DNA from: Acidimicrobiia bacterium
GTDB lineage: Bacteria; Actinomycetota; Acidimicrobiia; Acidimicrobiales; VFJN01
Length of the DNA stretch: 61,774 nucleotides
Reading direction: 5' to 3'
Assembly: GCA_046537875.1 (NCBI GenBank)
Contig: JBKHJZ010000003.1
Location: 1-61,774, forward strand
The notes beneath the pieces are model-generated. The model was not told the DNA's origin. It saw only the letters and a list, made by a program, of their open reading frames with translations, and did no database searches. Of this stretch, positions 31,038 to 39,384 are shown piece by piece. Position 1 is the first letter of the stretch. Every line of letters begins with the position of its first letter. A program made the position numbers and the translations under genes.

Positions 31038-32047
31038 TCCCCACCCGGACCGTGCCCGAGGTGCTGGCCCGCACCCGCGACGCCGTCGAGCCCGCGCTGC
31101 GCACCGCGGTGGCGCGGTTGGGGCCCGAGCTGCGCCCACCGATCGCCTACCACCTCGGGTGGACCGACGCCGACGGCCGGCCCACCGCCGGGGGCGGGAA
31201 GGGGGTCCGCCCGGCGCTGGCACTGCTCTCCGCCGAGGCCTCTGGCGCCGTGGCCGAGGTGGCGGTGCCGGGCGGCGTCGCCGTCGAGCTGGTGCACAAC
31301 TACTCGCTGCTGCACGACGACGTCATCGACGGTGACACGGAGCGCCGACACCGCCCGACGGTGTGGGCGCTCTACGGCGTCGGTCAGGCGATCATCACCG
31401 GCGACGCCCTCCTCGCCCTCGCCGTGCAGCTCCTGCTCGAGCGCGGGCCCGCAGGTGGGGTGGCGGCGGCCGAGCTGGTCCGCGCCACCGCCAGCATGAT
31501 CGACGGTCAGGCCGACGACATGGCCTTCGAGTCCCGGCTCGATGTGAGCATCGACGACTGCCTCCGCATGGAGGGTCACAAGACCGGCGCGCTGCTGTCG
31601 TCGGCGTCGGCGATCGGGGCGATCCTGGCCGGTGCCCGGGCGGGCGTCGTCGACGCGCTGCGAGAGTTCGGCTTCCAGCTCGGCCTGGCGTTCCAGGCGG
31701 TCGACGACCTGCTCGGCATCTGGGGTGACCCGGAGCGCACCGGCAAGTCGCGCTCCAGCGACCTCGAGGGGGGCAAGAAGACGCTCCCGGTCGCCGCCGC
31801 CCTCGCCGGGCGGGGCCCGGCGGTGGACGAGCTGCGTTCGCTCGTCGCCGCCGGCGGGCTGAGGGAGGACGAGCGGCTCCGGGCCGCGGAGCTGATCGAA
31901 GCCGCCGGTGGCCGCCGCACGACCGAGCGCATCGCCCGCCGGTCGCTCGATCGTGCCGTCGCCGCCCTCGGGGCCGTCGAGCTCGTGCCGACCGCCGCAG
32001 CCGAGCTGCGCGAGCTCGCGTGCTTCGTCGTCGACCGGGAGTTCTGA
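31034..32047 (+). CDS. Polyprenyl diphosphate synthase (FPP/GGPP synthase family)
   Basis: First and second Asp-rich motifs LLHDDVIDGD and FQAVDDLLGIWGD. GKSRSSDLEGGKKTLP also fits. GTGA overlap with hpnE. Confidence 0.85.
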   Translation: MIPTRTVPEVLARTRDAVEPALRTAVARLGPELRPPIAYHLGWTDADGRPTAGGGKGVRPALALLSAEASGAVAEVAVPGGVAVELVHNYSLLHDDVIDGDTERRHRPTVWALYGVGQAIITGDALLALAVQLLLERGPAGGVAAAELVRATASMIDGQADDMAFESRLDVSIDDCLRMEGHKTGALLSSASAIGAILAGARAGVVDALREFGFQLGLAFQAVDDLLGIWGDPERTGKSRSSDLEGGKKTLPVAAALAGRGPAVDELRSLVAAGGLREDERLRAAELIEAAGGRRTTERIARRSLDRAVAALGAVELVPTAAAELRELACFVVDREF

Positions 32048-33969
32048 TGACCGTCACCACCAACGCCACCGGCACCCGTGCCGCCCCGGACGCCGCCCTC
32101 GATCGCGCGGTGCGCTGGCTGCTCGACAGGCAGTCGTCCGAGGGCTGGTGGAAGGGCGAGCTGGCGACGAACGTCACGATGGATGCCGAGGACCTGCTGC
32201 TCCGGCACGCGCTCGGGATCCTCACGCCCGACCTCGCCGAGGCGAGCGCCCGCTGGATCCGGTCGCAGCAGCGCGACGACGGCACCTGGGCCACGTTCCA
32301 CGGCGGGCCGGGCGACCTGTCGACGACCATCGAGGCGTACGCCGCCCTCCGCCTCGCCGGCGACGAACCGGAGGCCCCGCACCTGGCCGCAGCCCGTGCC
32401 TTCGTGCTGGCCGAGGGCGGCGTCGAAGCCAGCCGCGTGTTCACGCGCCTGTGGCTCGCGGTGGTCGGCGAGTGGTCGTGGGACGACCTGCCCGCACTGC
32501 CGCCGGAGGTGATGTTCCTACCGGCCTGGGCGCCGCTCAACATCTACGACTTCGCCTGCTGGGCCCGCCAGACGATCGTCCCCCTCACCGTGGTGGCTGC
32601 GCACCGGCCCCGGTTCCCGCTGCCCTTCAGGCTCGGCGAGCTGCGCACCGGAGCACCGGTCGCGCCCACGCCCCCGTCGCTCGCCACCGCCGCCGGGTGG
32701 CTCACGCGGCTCGACCGGTTGCTGCACCTCTACGAGCGGCTGCCGCGATGGCTGCCGCCGAAGTCGGTGCTCCGGGCCCGGGCGCTGCGGGATGCGGAGC
32801 AGTGGATCGTCACACGTCAGGAGGCCGACGGGTCGTGGGGCGGCATCCAGCCGCCGTGGGTCTACTCGCTGCTGGCACTGCGCCTCCGGGGCTACGCCCT
32901 GGACCATCCGGTGATGCGGGCAGGGCTCGAGGGCCTCGACCGGTTCACGATCACCGAGGGCGGGATGCGCCGTCTCGAGGCCTGCCAGTCGCCCGTGTGG
33001 GACACCGCCCTGGCGGTGGTGGCCCTCGCGGACGCCGGCCTGGCGCCCGAGCACCCGGCCCTCCAGCGGGCGGCGTCGTGGCTGACGGCAGAGGAGGTGC
33101 GGGTTGCCGGTGACTGGGCGGTGCGGCGGCCGCACCTGCCCCCGGGCGGGTGGGCGTTCGAGTTCGCCAACGACAACTACCCCGACACCGACGACACGGC
33201 CGAGGTGGTGCTGGCCCTGCGGCGCACGGGCGGCGAGGCCGGCGCGGGCGGCACCCGGAACGACCGGGCGGGGGCCATCGAGCGCGCGGTGCGCTGGGTC
33301 ACCGGCATGCAGTGCCGCGACGGCGGGTGGGGGGCGTTCGACGTCGACAACGACAGCCGGGTGTGCGGCGAGCTTCCGTTCTGCGACTTCGGCGAGGTGA
33401 CCGACCCGCCGAGCGCGGATGTCACGGCCCACGTGGTGGAGATGCTGGCGGGTGAGCCCGGCGCCGACCGGGCGGCGCTGGCCCGCGGTGTCGCCTGGTT
33501 GCGCAGCCGGCAGGAGCCCGACGGCTCGTGGTTCGGGCGCTGGGGCGCCAACCACGTCTACGGCACCGGTGCCGTGGTGCCCGCGCTCGTGGCCGCCGGC
33601 GTGCCCGCCGACGACCCCGCCATCGATCGGGCGGTGGCGTGGCTCGAGCGGCACCAGAGCCCGGAGGGTGGCTGGGGCGAGGACATGCGGTCCTACGACG
33701 ACCCCGCCTGGGTCGGGCGGGGCGAGCCGACGGCCTCGCAGACCGCCTGGGCGCTCCTGGCCCTGCTGGCCGCCGGGCGCCGGGAGACCGACGCCGTGCG
33801 GCGGGGCGTGCGGTGGCTGGTGGACACCCAGACCGCCGAGGGCACCTGGGACGAGCCGTGGTTCACCGGCACCGGCTTCCCGGGGGACTTCTTCATCAAC
33901 TACCACCTGTACCGGCACATCTTCCCGGTGACGGCCCTGGGCCGCTACCTGCGGGAGGGCGGACCATGA
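32047..33969 (+). CDS. shc: Squalene-hopene cyclase
   Basis: Catalytic DxDD motif in NYPDTDDTAEVVLAL. Repeated QW-type motifs: LLDRQSSEGWWKGE, QQRDDGTWATF, RQEADGSWGG, MQCRDGGWGAF, RQEPDGSWFGRWG, HQSPEGGWGE, TQTAEGTWDE. Confidence 0.95.
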   Translation: MTVTTNATGTRAAPDAALDRAVRWLLDRQSSEGWWKGELATNVTMDAEDLLLRHALGILTPDLAEASARWIRSQQRDDGTWATFHGGPGDLSTTIEAYAALRLAGDEPEAPHLAAARAFVLAEGGVEASRVFTRLWLAVVGEWSWDDLPALPPEVMFLPAWAPLNIYDFACWARQTIVPLTVVAAHRPRFPLPFRLGELRTGAPVAPTPPSLATAAGWLTRLDRLLHLYERLPRWLPPKSVLRARALRDAEQWIVTRQEADGSWGGIQPPWVYSLLALRLRGYALDHPVMRAGLEGLDRFTITEGGMRRLEACQSPVWDTALAVVALADAGLAPEHPALQRAASWLTAEEVRVAGDWAVRRPHLPPGGWAFEFANDNYPDTDDTAEVVLALRRTGGEAGAGGTRNDRAGAIERAVRWVTGMQCRDGGWGAFDVDNDSRVCGELPFCDFGEVTDPPSADVTAHVVEMLAGEPGADRAALARGVAWLRSRQEPDGSWFGRWGANHVYGTGAVVPALVAAGVPADDPAIDRAVAWLERHQSPEGGWGEDMRSYDDPAWVGRGEPTASQTAWALLALLAAGRRETDAVRRGVRWLVDTQTAEGTWDEPWFTGTGFPGDFFINYHLYRHIFPVTALGRYLREGGP

Positions 33970-35465
33970 CCCGCCAACTGGTCGCCCTCACGCCGCTGCG
34001 GGTCGAGGCGGACGCGGTGCAGCGCGGCGCCCCCGCGGCCGAGGTGCTCACCACCGGCATGGGCCCGGAGCGGGCACGCCGGGCGGCGTTCAACCTCGCC
34101 GCCCGCTGCGCCGGCGCACCGGCGGTGGCCGTGGCCGGCTTCTGCGGCGGGGCCGACGCGCGGGTGTCCCCCGGCGACGTGGTGGTGGCCAGCGAGGTCC
34201 GGGGGCCGCTCGGCCCGGTGCCCCTCGCCGGGTCCGGCCTGCTGGCCGCAGCGCTACGCCGGGCCGGGCTGCAGGTGCGCGAGGGCCCGCTCGTGTCGAC
34301 CGACCAGATCGTGCGGGGCCCCCGTCGCCGCGACCTGGCGGCCGACGGCGCCGTCGCCGTCGACATGGAATCGGCGTGGCTCGTCGAGGCCGCGCCGTCG
34401 CGGCCCCGGGCGGTGGTCCGGGTGGTGGTCGACACGCCGGCCCGCGAGCTGCCGTCGTGGTCGACGCTGCCCGACGGGGTGCGCGCCTACCGGGCGCTGC
34501 GCCGCGCCGCCGGCGTGCTCGAGCTGTGGTCCCGGGCCACGTCCCCGCGTGACGTGCTGCTGGCCGGCCCGCGGTCGTTCTGCGCCGGCGTCGACCGGGC
34601 CATCGACATCGTCGACCGGGCGCTCGACCGCTTCGGCGCACCCGTCCACGTCCGCAGGCAGATCGTCCACAACCGGCACGTGGTCGACGACCTGGCGGCG
34701 CGCGGTGCGGTGTTCGTCGACGAGCTCGACGAGGTGCCGGACGGTGCGACCGTGGTGTTCTCGGCCCACGGCGTGTCGCCGGGTGTGCGGGCCGAGGCCG
34801 ACCGCCGCGGCCTCCACGTGATCGACGCCACCTGCCCGCTCGTGGCCAAGGTCCACGCCGAGGTCCGGCGCTTCGCCCGCCAGGGCCGCAGCCTGGTGCT
34901 CATCGGGCACCCGGGCCACGACGAGACCGAGGGCACGCTGGGCGAGGCCGACGGCATCCGGGTGGTGACCACGGCCGACGACGTCGACCGCATCGAGGTG
35001 GACGACCCGTCCAAGGTCGCGTACATCACGCAGACCACGCTTGCCGTGGACGAGGTGGCCGGGATCGTGGAGCGGCTCGAGCGTCGGTTCCCCGACCTGG
35101 TCGGGCCCGCGGCCGACGACATCTGCTACGCCTCGCAGAACCGCCAGGACGCCGTGCGGGCCATCGCCCGCGACTGCGACCTGCTGCTCGTCGTCGGATC
35201 GTCCAACTCGTCCAACTCGAACCGCCTCGTCGAGGTGGCGCAGGGCGAGGGGTGCGCCGCCGAGCTCGTCGAGGACGCGTCCGGCATCCAGCTCGAGTGG
35301 TTGGTGGGCGCCCGGACGGTGGGCGTCACCGCCGGTGCCTCGGCACCCGAGCATCTCGTGCAGGGCGTCGTCGATGCGCTGGCCGCGCTCGGTCCCGTCT
35401 CGGTGACCGAGCGCCCGGTCACCAGCGAGGCGACGCACTTCGCCCTTCCCGTGGAGGTGCGCTGA
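33966..35465 (+). CDS. Apparent fusion: HpnG-like nucleosidase (PNP/UDP phosphorylase fold) + IspH/LytB 4-hydroxy-3-methylbut-2-enyl diphosphate reductase
   Basis: N-terminal about 185 aa: ...VAVAGFCGGADARVSPGDVVVASEV...AVDMESAWL. It continues in frame with no stop into IspH: VLLAGPRSFCAGVDRAIDIV...FSAHGVSP...IDATCPLVAKVH...GHPGHDETEGT...ICYASQNRQ...SSNSSNSNRL. ATGA overlap with shc. Confidence 0.8.
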   Translation: MTRQLVALTPLRVEADAVQRGAPAAEVLTTGMGPERARRAAFNLAARCAGAPAVAVAGFCGGADARVSPGDVVVASEVRGPLGPVPLAGSGLLAAALRRAGLQVREGPLVSTDQIVRGPRRRDLAADGAVAVDMESAWLVEAAPSRPRAVVRVVVDTPARELPSWSTLPDGVRAYRALRRAAGVLELWSRATSPRDVLLAGPRSFCAGVDRAIDIVDRALDRFGAPVHVRRQIVHNRHVVDDLAARGAVFVDELDEVPDGATVVFSAHGVSPGVRAEADRRGLHVIDATCPLVAKVHAEVRRFARQGRSLVLIGHPGHDETEGTLGEADGIRVVTTADDVDRIEVDDPSKVAYITQTTLAVDEVAGIVERLERRFPDLVGPAADDICYASQNRQDAVRAIARDCDLLLVVGSSNSSNSNRLVEVAQGEGCAAELVEDASGIQLEWLVGARTVGVTAGASAPEHLVQGVVDALAALGPVSVTERPVTSEATHFALPVEVR

Positions 35466-36473
35466 ATGTCGATCCCGTTGCGCCAGAACCTGAGGATGGC
35501 GGCGTACCTCGCCCGCCAGAAGCTCGCCCGCCGCGACAAGTTCCCGCTGATCGTCGAGCTCGAGCCGCTGTTCGCCTGCAACCTCGCCTGCGCGGGCTGC
35601 GGCAAGATCCAGCACCCCACCGAGGTGCTGCGCAAGCGGGTGGGCGTCGAGGAGGCGGTCGCAGCGATGGAGGAGTGCGGGGCTCCCATGGTGTCGATCG
35701 CCGGCGGTGAGCCGCTGCTGCACCCCGAGATCGACCGCATGGTGGCGGAGCTGACCGCCCGGAAGACGTTCGTCTACCTCTGCACCAACGGCGTGCTCAT
35801 GCGCCGCAAGCTCGACCGCTTCACGCCGTCGCCGTACTTCTCCTGGGCGGTCCACGTCGACGGGCTGCGCGAGCGCCACGACGCCTCGGTGTGCCGCGAC
35901 GGGGTGTTCGACGAGGCCGTGGCGGCCATCCGGGAGGCCAAGGAACGGGGGTTCCGGGTCACGACCAACACCACGTTCTTCACCACCGACTCGCCCCGCA
36001 CGGTGCGGGAGGTCCTCGACTTCCTCAACGACGACCTGGATGTCGACGCCATGATGATCTCGCCCGCCTACGCCTACGAGAAGGCGCCCGACCAGGACCA
36101 CTTCCTGGGGGTGCGGCAGACGCGTGACCTCTTCCGCGCGGCCTTCGCCGGCGGGCGGCGGCGTCGGTGGCGCCTCAACCACACGCCGCTGTTCCTCGAC
36201 TTCCTCGAGGGCAAGGTCGACTTCCGCTGCACCGCCTGGGGCATCCCCAGCTACTCGGTCTTCGGCTGGCAGCGGCCCTGCTACCTCATGGCGGACGGGT
36301 ACGCCGCCAGCTACCGGGAGCTGATCGAGACCACCGACTGGGACCGCTACGGCCGGGGGCGTGATCCCCGCTGCGCCAACTGCATGGCGCACTGCGGCTA
36401 CGAGCCCACCGCGGTGATCGCCACCACCCGTTCGCTCAGGGAGTCGCTGCGCGCCGCCGTCGGCACGCACTGA
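35466..36473 (+). CDS. hpnH: Adenosylhopane synthase HpnH (radical SAM)
   Basis: MSIPLRQNLRMAAYLARQKLARRDKFPLIVELEPLFACNLACAGCGKIQHP... is the characteristic HpnH N-terminus with CxxxCxxC. It starts 1 nt after the previous stop. Confidence 0.9.
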   Translation: MSIPLRQNLRMAAYLARQKLARRDKFPLIVELEPLFACNLACAGCGKIQHPTEVLRKRVGVEEAVAAMEECGAPMVSIAGGEPLLHPEIDRMVAELTARKTFVYLCTNGVLMRRKLDRFTPSPYFSWAVHVDGLRERHDASVCRDGVFDEAVAAIREAKERGFRVTTNTTFFTTDSPRTVREVLDFLNDDLDVDAMMISPAYAYEKAPDQDHFLGVRQTRDLFRAAFAGGRRRRWRLNHTPLFLDFLEGKVDFRCTAWGIPSYSVFGWQRPCYLMADGYAASYRELIETTDWDRYGRGRDPRCANCMAHCGYEPTAVIATTRSLRESLRAAVGTH

Positions 36474-36505
36474 GCCCGGGCGCGCTGGACGAGAGAGGTG
36501 CCGAC

Positions 36506-38260
36506 ATGCTGCTCGAGCGGATCCACGACCCCGCAGATCTCCGTGCCCTCGGTCCCGCCGAGCTCGAGGGCCTAGCCGCCGAGATCCGGGAGGTCCTCGT
36601 CGCCGCCACCGCCGCCAACGGCGGCCACCTCGGGTCCAACCTCGGCGCCGTCGAGCTCACCCTCGCGCTGCACCGGGTCTTCGACTCCCCGGCCGACGCG
36701 ATCATCTGGGACACGGGTCACCAGTCGTACACCCACAAGCTGGTCACCGGCCGACGTGCGGGGTTCGACCGGCTGCGCCAGCGGGGCGGCTTGTCGGGGT
36801 ACCCCAGCCGCGCGGAGTCGCCCCACGACTGGGTGGAGAACAGCCACGCCTCCGCTGCGCTGGCCCATGCCACCGGCCTCCGGGCCGCCCGCGGCCTGAC
36901 CGGGGACGCCGGGCACGTCGTCGCGGTCGTGGGCGACGGGTCGCTCACCGGCGGCATGGCGTGGGAGGCGCTGAACAACATCGGGTACCGGTCGCTGCCC
37001 GTGGTGATCGTGCTCAACGACAACGGACGCTCCTACGCCCCCACGATCAGCCGGCTGACCGAGAGCCTGAGCCGGCTGCGGCTCAACCCCCTCACCAACG
37101 GGGGCGACACGGATCCCCCGGCCTTCTTCGCCGCGCTCGGCATCGGCTACCTCGGGCCCGTGGACGGCCACGATGTCGTGGCGGTCGAGGACGCGCTCCG
37201 GGTGGCGGTCGACGACGGTGGGCCGGTCGTCGTGCACGCGCTGACCCGGAAGGGTCGCGGGTACCCGCCCGCCGAGGACGACGACGAGAAGTGCCTCCAC
37301 GACGTGGGAACCTTCGACCGCACGGTCGGGCCGAGGCCCAGGTCGTCGGCCAAGTACACCGACGTGTTCGGCGACGCGCTGGTCGCCGCGGCACGGCGTG
37401 ATCCGCGGGTGGTGGCGATCACCGCCGCCATGCCCGGCTCCACGGGCCTGCTCCCGTTCGCCGCCGAGTTCCCGGACCGCTTCTTCGACGTGGGCATCGC
37501 CGAGCAGCACGCCGTCGCCTCGTCCGCGGGCCTCGCCCGTGGGGGGATGCGACCGGTGGTGGCGATCTACTCCACCTTCCTCACCCGTGCCCTGGACCAG
37601 ATCAACCTCGATGTCTCGCTCCACCGGCTGCCGGTGGTCTTCTGCATCGACCGGGCGGGCATCACGGGTCCCGACGGGCCCTCGCACCACGGCGTGCTCG
37701 ACCTCGCCCTGCTCACCAAGGTGCCGGGCATGACGGTGCTGGCACCCTCGTCGGCCGAGGATCTCGCGAGCATGCTCACCGAGGCGTTGGCGCGTGACGA
37801 CGGCCCGACCGCCATCCGCTGGCCGAGCGCCGCCCCCCGGTCGGCGCCCGCCGGATCGGGGCGCGCGGCCCGTCTCGTCCGGTCGGGCGCGGACGCGTGC
37901 ATCCTGGCGGTCGGCCGGACGGTGGCCGCGGCCGAGGCGGCGGCGGACCGGCTGGAGCAGACCGGCTGCTGCGCCACGGTGTGGGACGTGCGCTGCGTCG
38001 CACCGCTCGACCCGGAGATGCTCGTCGACGCCGCCCGCCACGAGCTCGTGGTGACCGTGGAGGACGGGGTGCGGGAGGGTGGCGCCGGCGCCCGGATCGC
38101 GGCGGAGCTCGCCGGACTCGGCTCCGCCAGGGTCGTCGTCCTCGGGACCCCGGTGGAGCACCTGCCGCACGGTCCGCCGGGGGATCTGCTGGCCGAGATC
38201 GGCCTCGACGCCGACGGCATCTCGGCTGCCGTGACGGCGAACCTGCCCTCGATCCGATGA
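36506..38260 (+). CDS. dxs: 1-deoxy-D-xylulose-5-phosphate synthase (cluster-associated copy)
   Basis: GGHLGSNLGAVELTLALHRVF...IIWDTGHQSYTHKLVTGRR, GDGSLTGGMAWEALNN, NDNGRSY, GPVDGHD, FDVGIAEQHAV, and DRAGITGPDGPSHHGVLDL. Confidence 0.9.
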   Translation: MLLERIHDPADLRALGPAELEGLAAEIREVLVAATAANGGHLGSNLGAVELTLALHRVFDSPADAIIWDTGHQSYTHKLVTGRRAGFDRLRQRGGLSGYPSRAESPHDWVENSHASAALAHATGLRAARGLTGDAGHVVAVVGDGSLTGGMAWEALNNIGYRSLPVVIVLNDNGRSYAPTISRLTESLSRLRLNPLTNGGDTDPPAFFAALGIGYLGPVDGHDVVAVEDALRVAVDDGGPVVVHALTRKGRGYPPAEDDDEKCLHDVGTFDRTVGPRPRSSAKYTDVFGDALVAAARRDPRVVAITAAMPGSTGLLPFAAEFPDRFFDVGIAEQHAVASSAGLARGGMRPVVAIYSTFLTRALDQINLDVSLHRLPVVFCIDRAGITGPDGPSHHGVLDLALLTKVPGMTVLAPSSAEDLASMLTEALARDDGPTAIRWPSAAPRSAPAGSGRAARLVRSGADACILAVGRTVAAAEAAADRLEQTGCCATVWDVRCVAPLDPEMLVDAARHELVVTVEDGVREGGAGARIAAELAGLGSARVVVLGTPVEHLPHGPPGDLLAEIGLDADGISAAVTANLPSIR

Positions 38261-38293
38261 TCGCCTGACGCGGCGCCGCGGGTGGCCCGAACG

Positions 38294-39112
38294 TCACTCG
38301 CCCTCGGGTGGCGGTACCGAGGTCGTGGTCGTGGTGGTGGTGGTGCTCTGCTCCTCGGTGGTCGTGGGGATGTCGCCCTCTCCGGTGCTGGGTGCGGTCG
38401 TGGTGGGTGCCGGTGCGCCGGGCGGGATCCCCCGCTCGGACGTGGTTGTGGGGCCCGCCGTGGTGCCCGTCGTCGTGGTGCTGGTGCCCCCCGGCCCGCC
38501 GTCGTCGTCTCCGCCGTCGAACAGGGAGTCGATGGAGGTCCTCCCGGACGGGTCGCCCCCGGTGATGCCCGACATCGGCTCCCGGGCGACCAGCTCGACG
38601 ACGGTGATGACCGCGAGGGAGAAGACCAGCACGATCACCAGCGCCAGGGCGACGCCGATGCGGCGCCGGGACAGCCATGCCCACCAGCGCCTGGGCGAGG
38701 TGCCGGGATGGTGCTCGGCGGTGGCCGGAGGTGCCGGAGCGCCTCCTTCGACGCCGGGGATGGTCGCCCGACCGGTCTGGTCGAGGTCCCGGACGGTGCG
38801 GTCGCCGGCCGCGTCCGGGTGGCCGGTGCCCCGGCGCGGCCGGAGGATGATCGGCCTGGCCTGCTGCAGCCGGATCTGCGTCCGACCGATCCAGTACCGG
38901 TAGACGGCGCTGCCCAGCGTCCAGACGATCCCGACCACCGCAGCGCCGATCACGGTGCCCGCCACGCCGAAGAACGAGGTCACCACCGCGGCGGTGAGCG
39001 AGGCGAGCCCGCTGGCGAGCACCTGCGTGCCGCTCAGCTCGAGGCGGGGTTGGGGTGCCGGCTCCCGGGGCACGTCGCGCGGGTGGTCGGGATGGGCCGG
39101 GGTGGAGGTCAT
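38294..39112 (-). CDS. Hypothetical membrane protein with Thr/Pro/Gly-rich C-terminal tail
   Basis: From the ATG at 39112 (MTSTPAHPDHP...). Two clear hydrophobic helices (LASLTAAVVTSFFGVAGTVIGAAVVGIVW; IGVALALVIVLVFSLAVITVVELV), then a low-complexity tail ...TSTTTTGTTAGPTTT...STTTTTTTTSVPPPEGE. No family recognised. Confidence 0.5.
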   Translation of the reverse strand: MTSTPAHPDHPRDVPREPAPQPRLELSGTQVLASGLASLTAAVVTSFFGVAGTVIGAAVVGIVWTLGSAVYRYWIGRTQIRLQQARPIILRPRRGTGHPDAAGDRTVRDLDQTGRATIPGVEGGAPAPPATAEHHPGTSPRRWWAWLSRRRIGVALALVIVLVFSLAVITVVELVAREPMSGITGGDPSGRTSIDSLFDGGDDDGGPGGTSTTTTGTTAGPTTTSERGIPPGAPAPTTTAPSTGEGDIPTTTEEQSTTTTTTTTSVPPPEGE

Positions 39113-39384
39113 GGTGGCCGCGCTGTCGGGGAGGTGAACGGTCGGTCCAGCAGCCGGGTGCCCTGGGGATCGAGCGCGGTGGTCGCCGCGCTCGGCACGG
39201 ATCGGCGTCGCGCCATGGTGACACGCCGGTACCGACAGGCGGCGCCGGGCGTTGCGCCCCCGGGCCGAGCCGGCCGGACGGCCGGGTGCACCCACGGGGT
39301 GTCAACCCGGTGTAGGGGCACCGCAACGCCACGTGCGGCGAGACTACGGTGGGCTGGCGTGTTCCGACCGCCACCCGGTGCCTG

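Noticed and set aside
34516-35465. Independent ispH gene starting at an internal GTG, instead of the HpnG::IspH fusion
   Set aside because: It cannot be excluded, but there is no stop codon separating the two domains, so translation from 33966 necessarily reads through. I kept the fusion call and flagged the alternative in the findings.
38300-38520. Repetitive ACC/ACG-rich DNA, and similarly the repetitive segments at 5770-6060 and 7880-7945. I considered these as tandem repeats or a CRISPR-like array.
   Set aside because: All lie inside ORFs and encode low-complexity linkers (poly-Thr tail, acidic insert, EAGAV linker). The units are short and imperfect and have no spacer structure, so this is not CRISPR.
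39113-39384. Largest intergenic region in the window. I checked it for a tRNA, riboswitch or small ORF.
   Set aside because: I could find no cloverleaf-compatible arms or known leader motifs. There is only a 10-nt palindrome GGGTGCACCC (39284-39293). It is most simply the divergent promoter region for the flanking membrane-protein genes.
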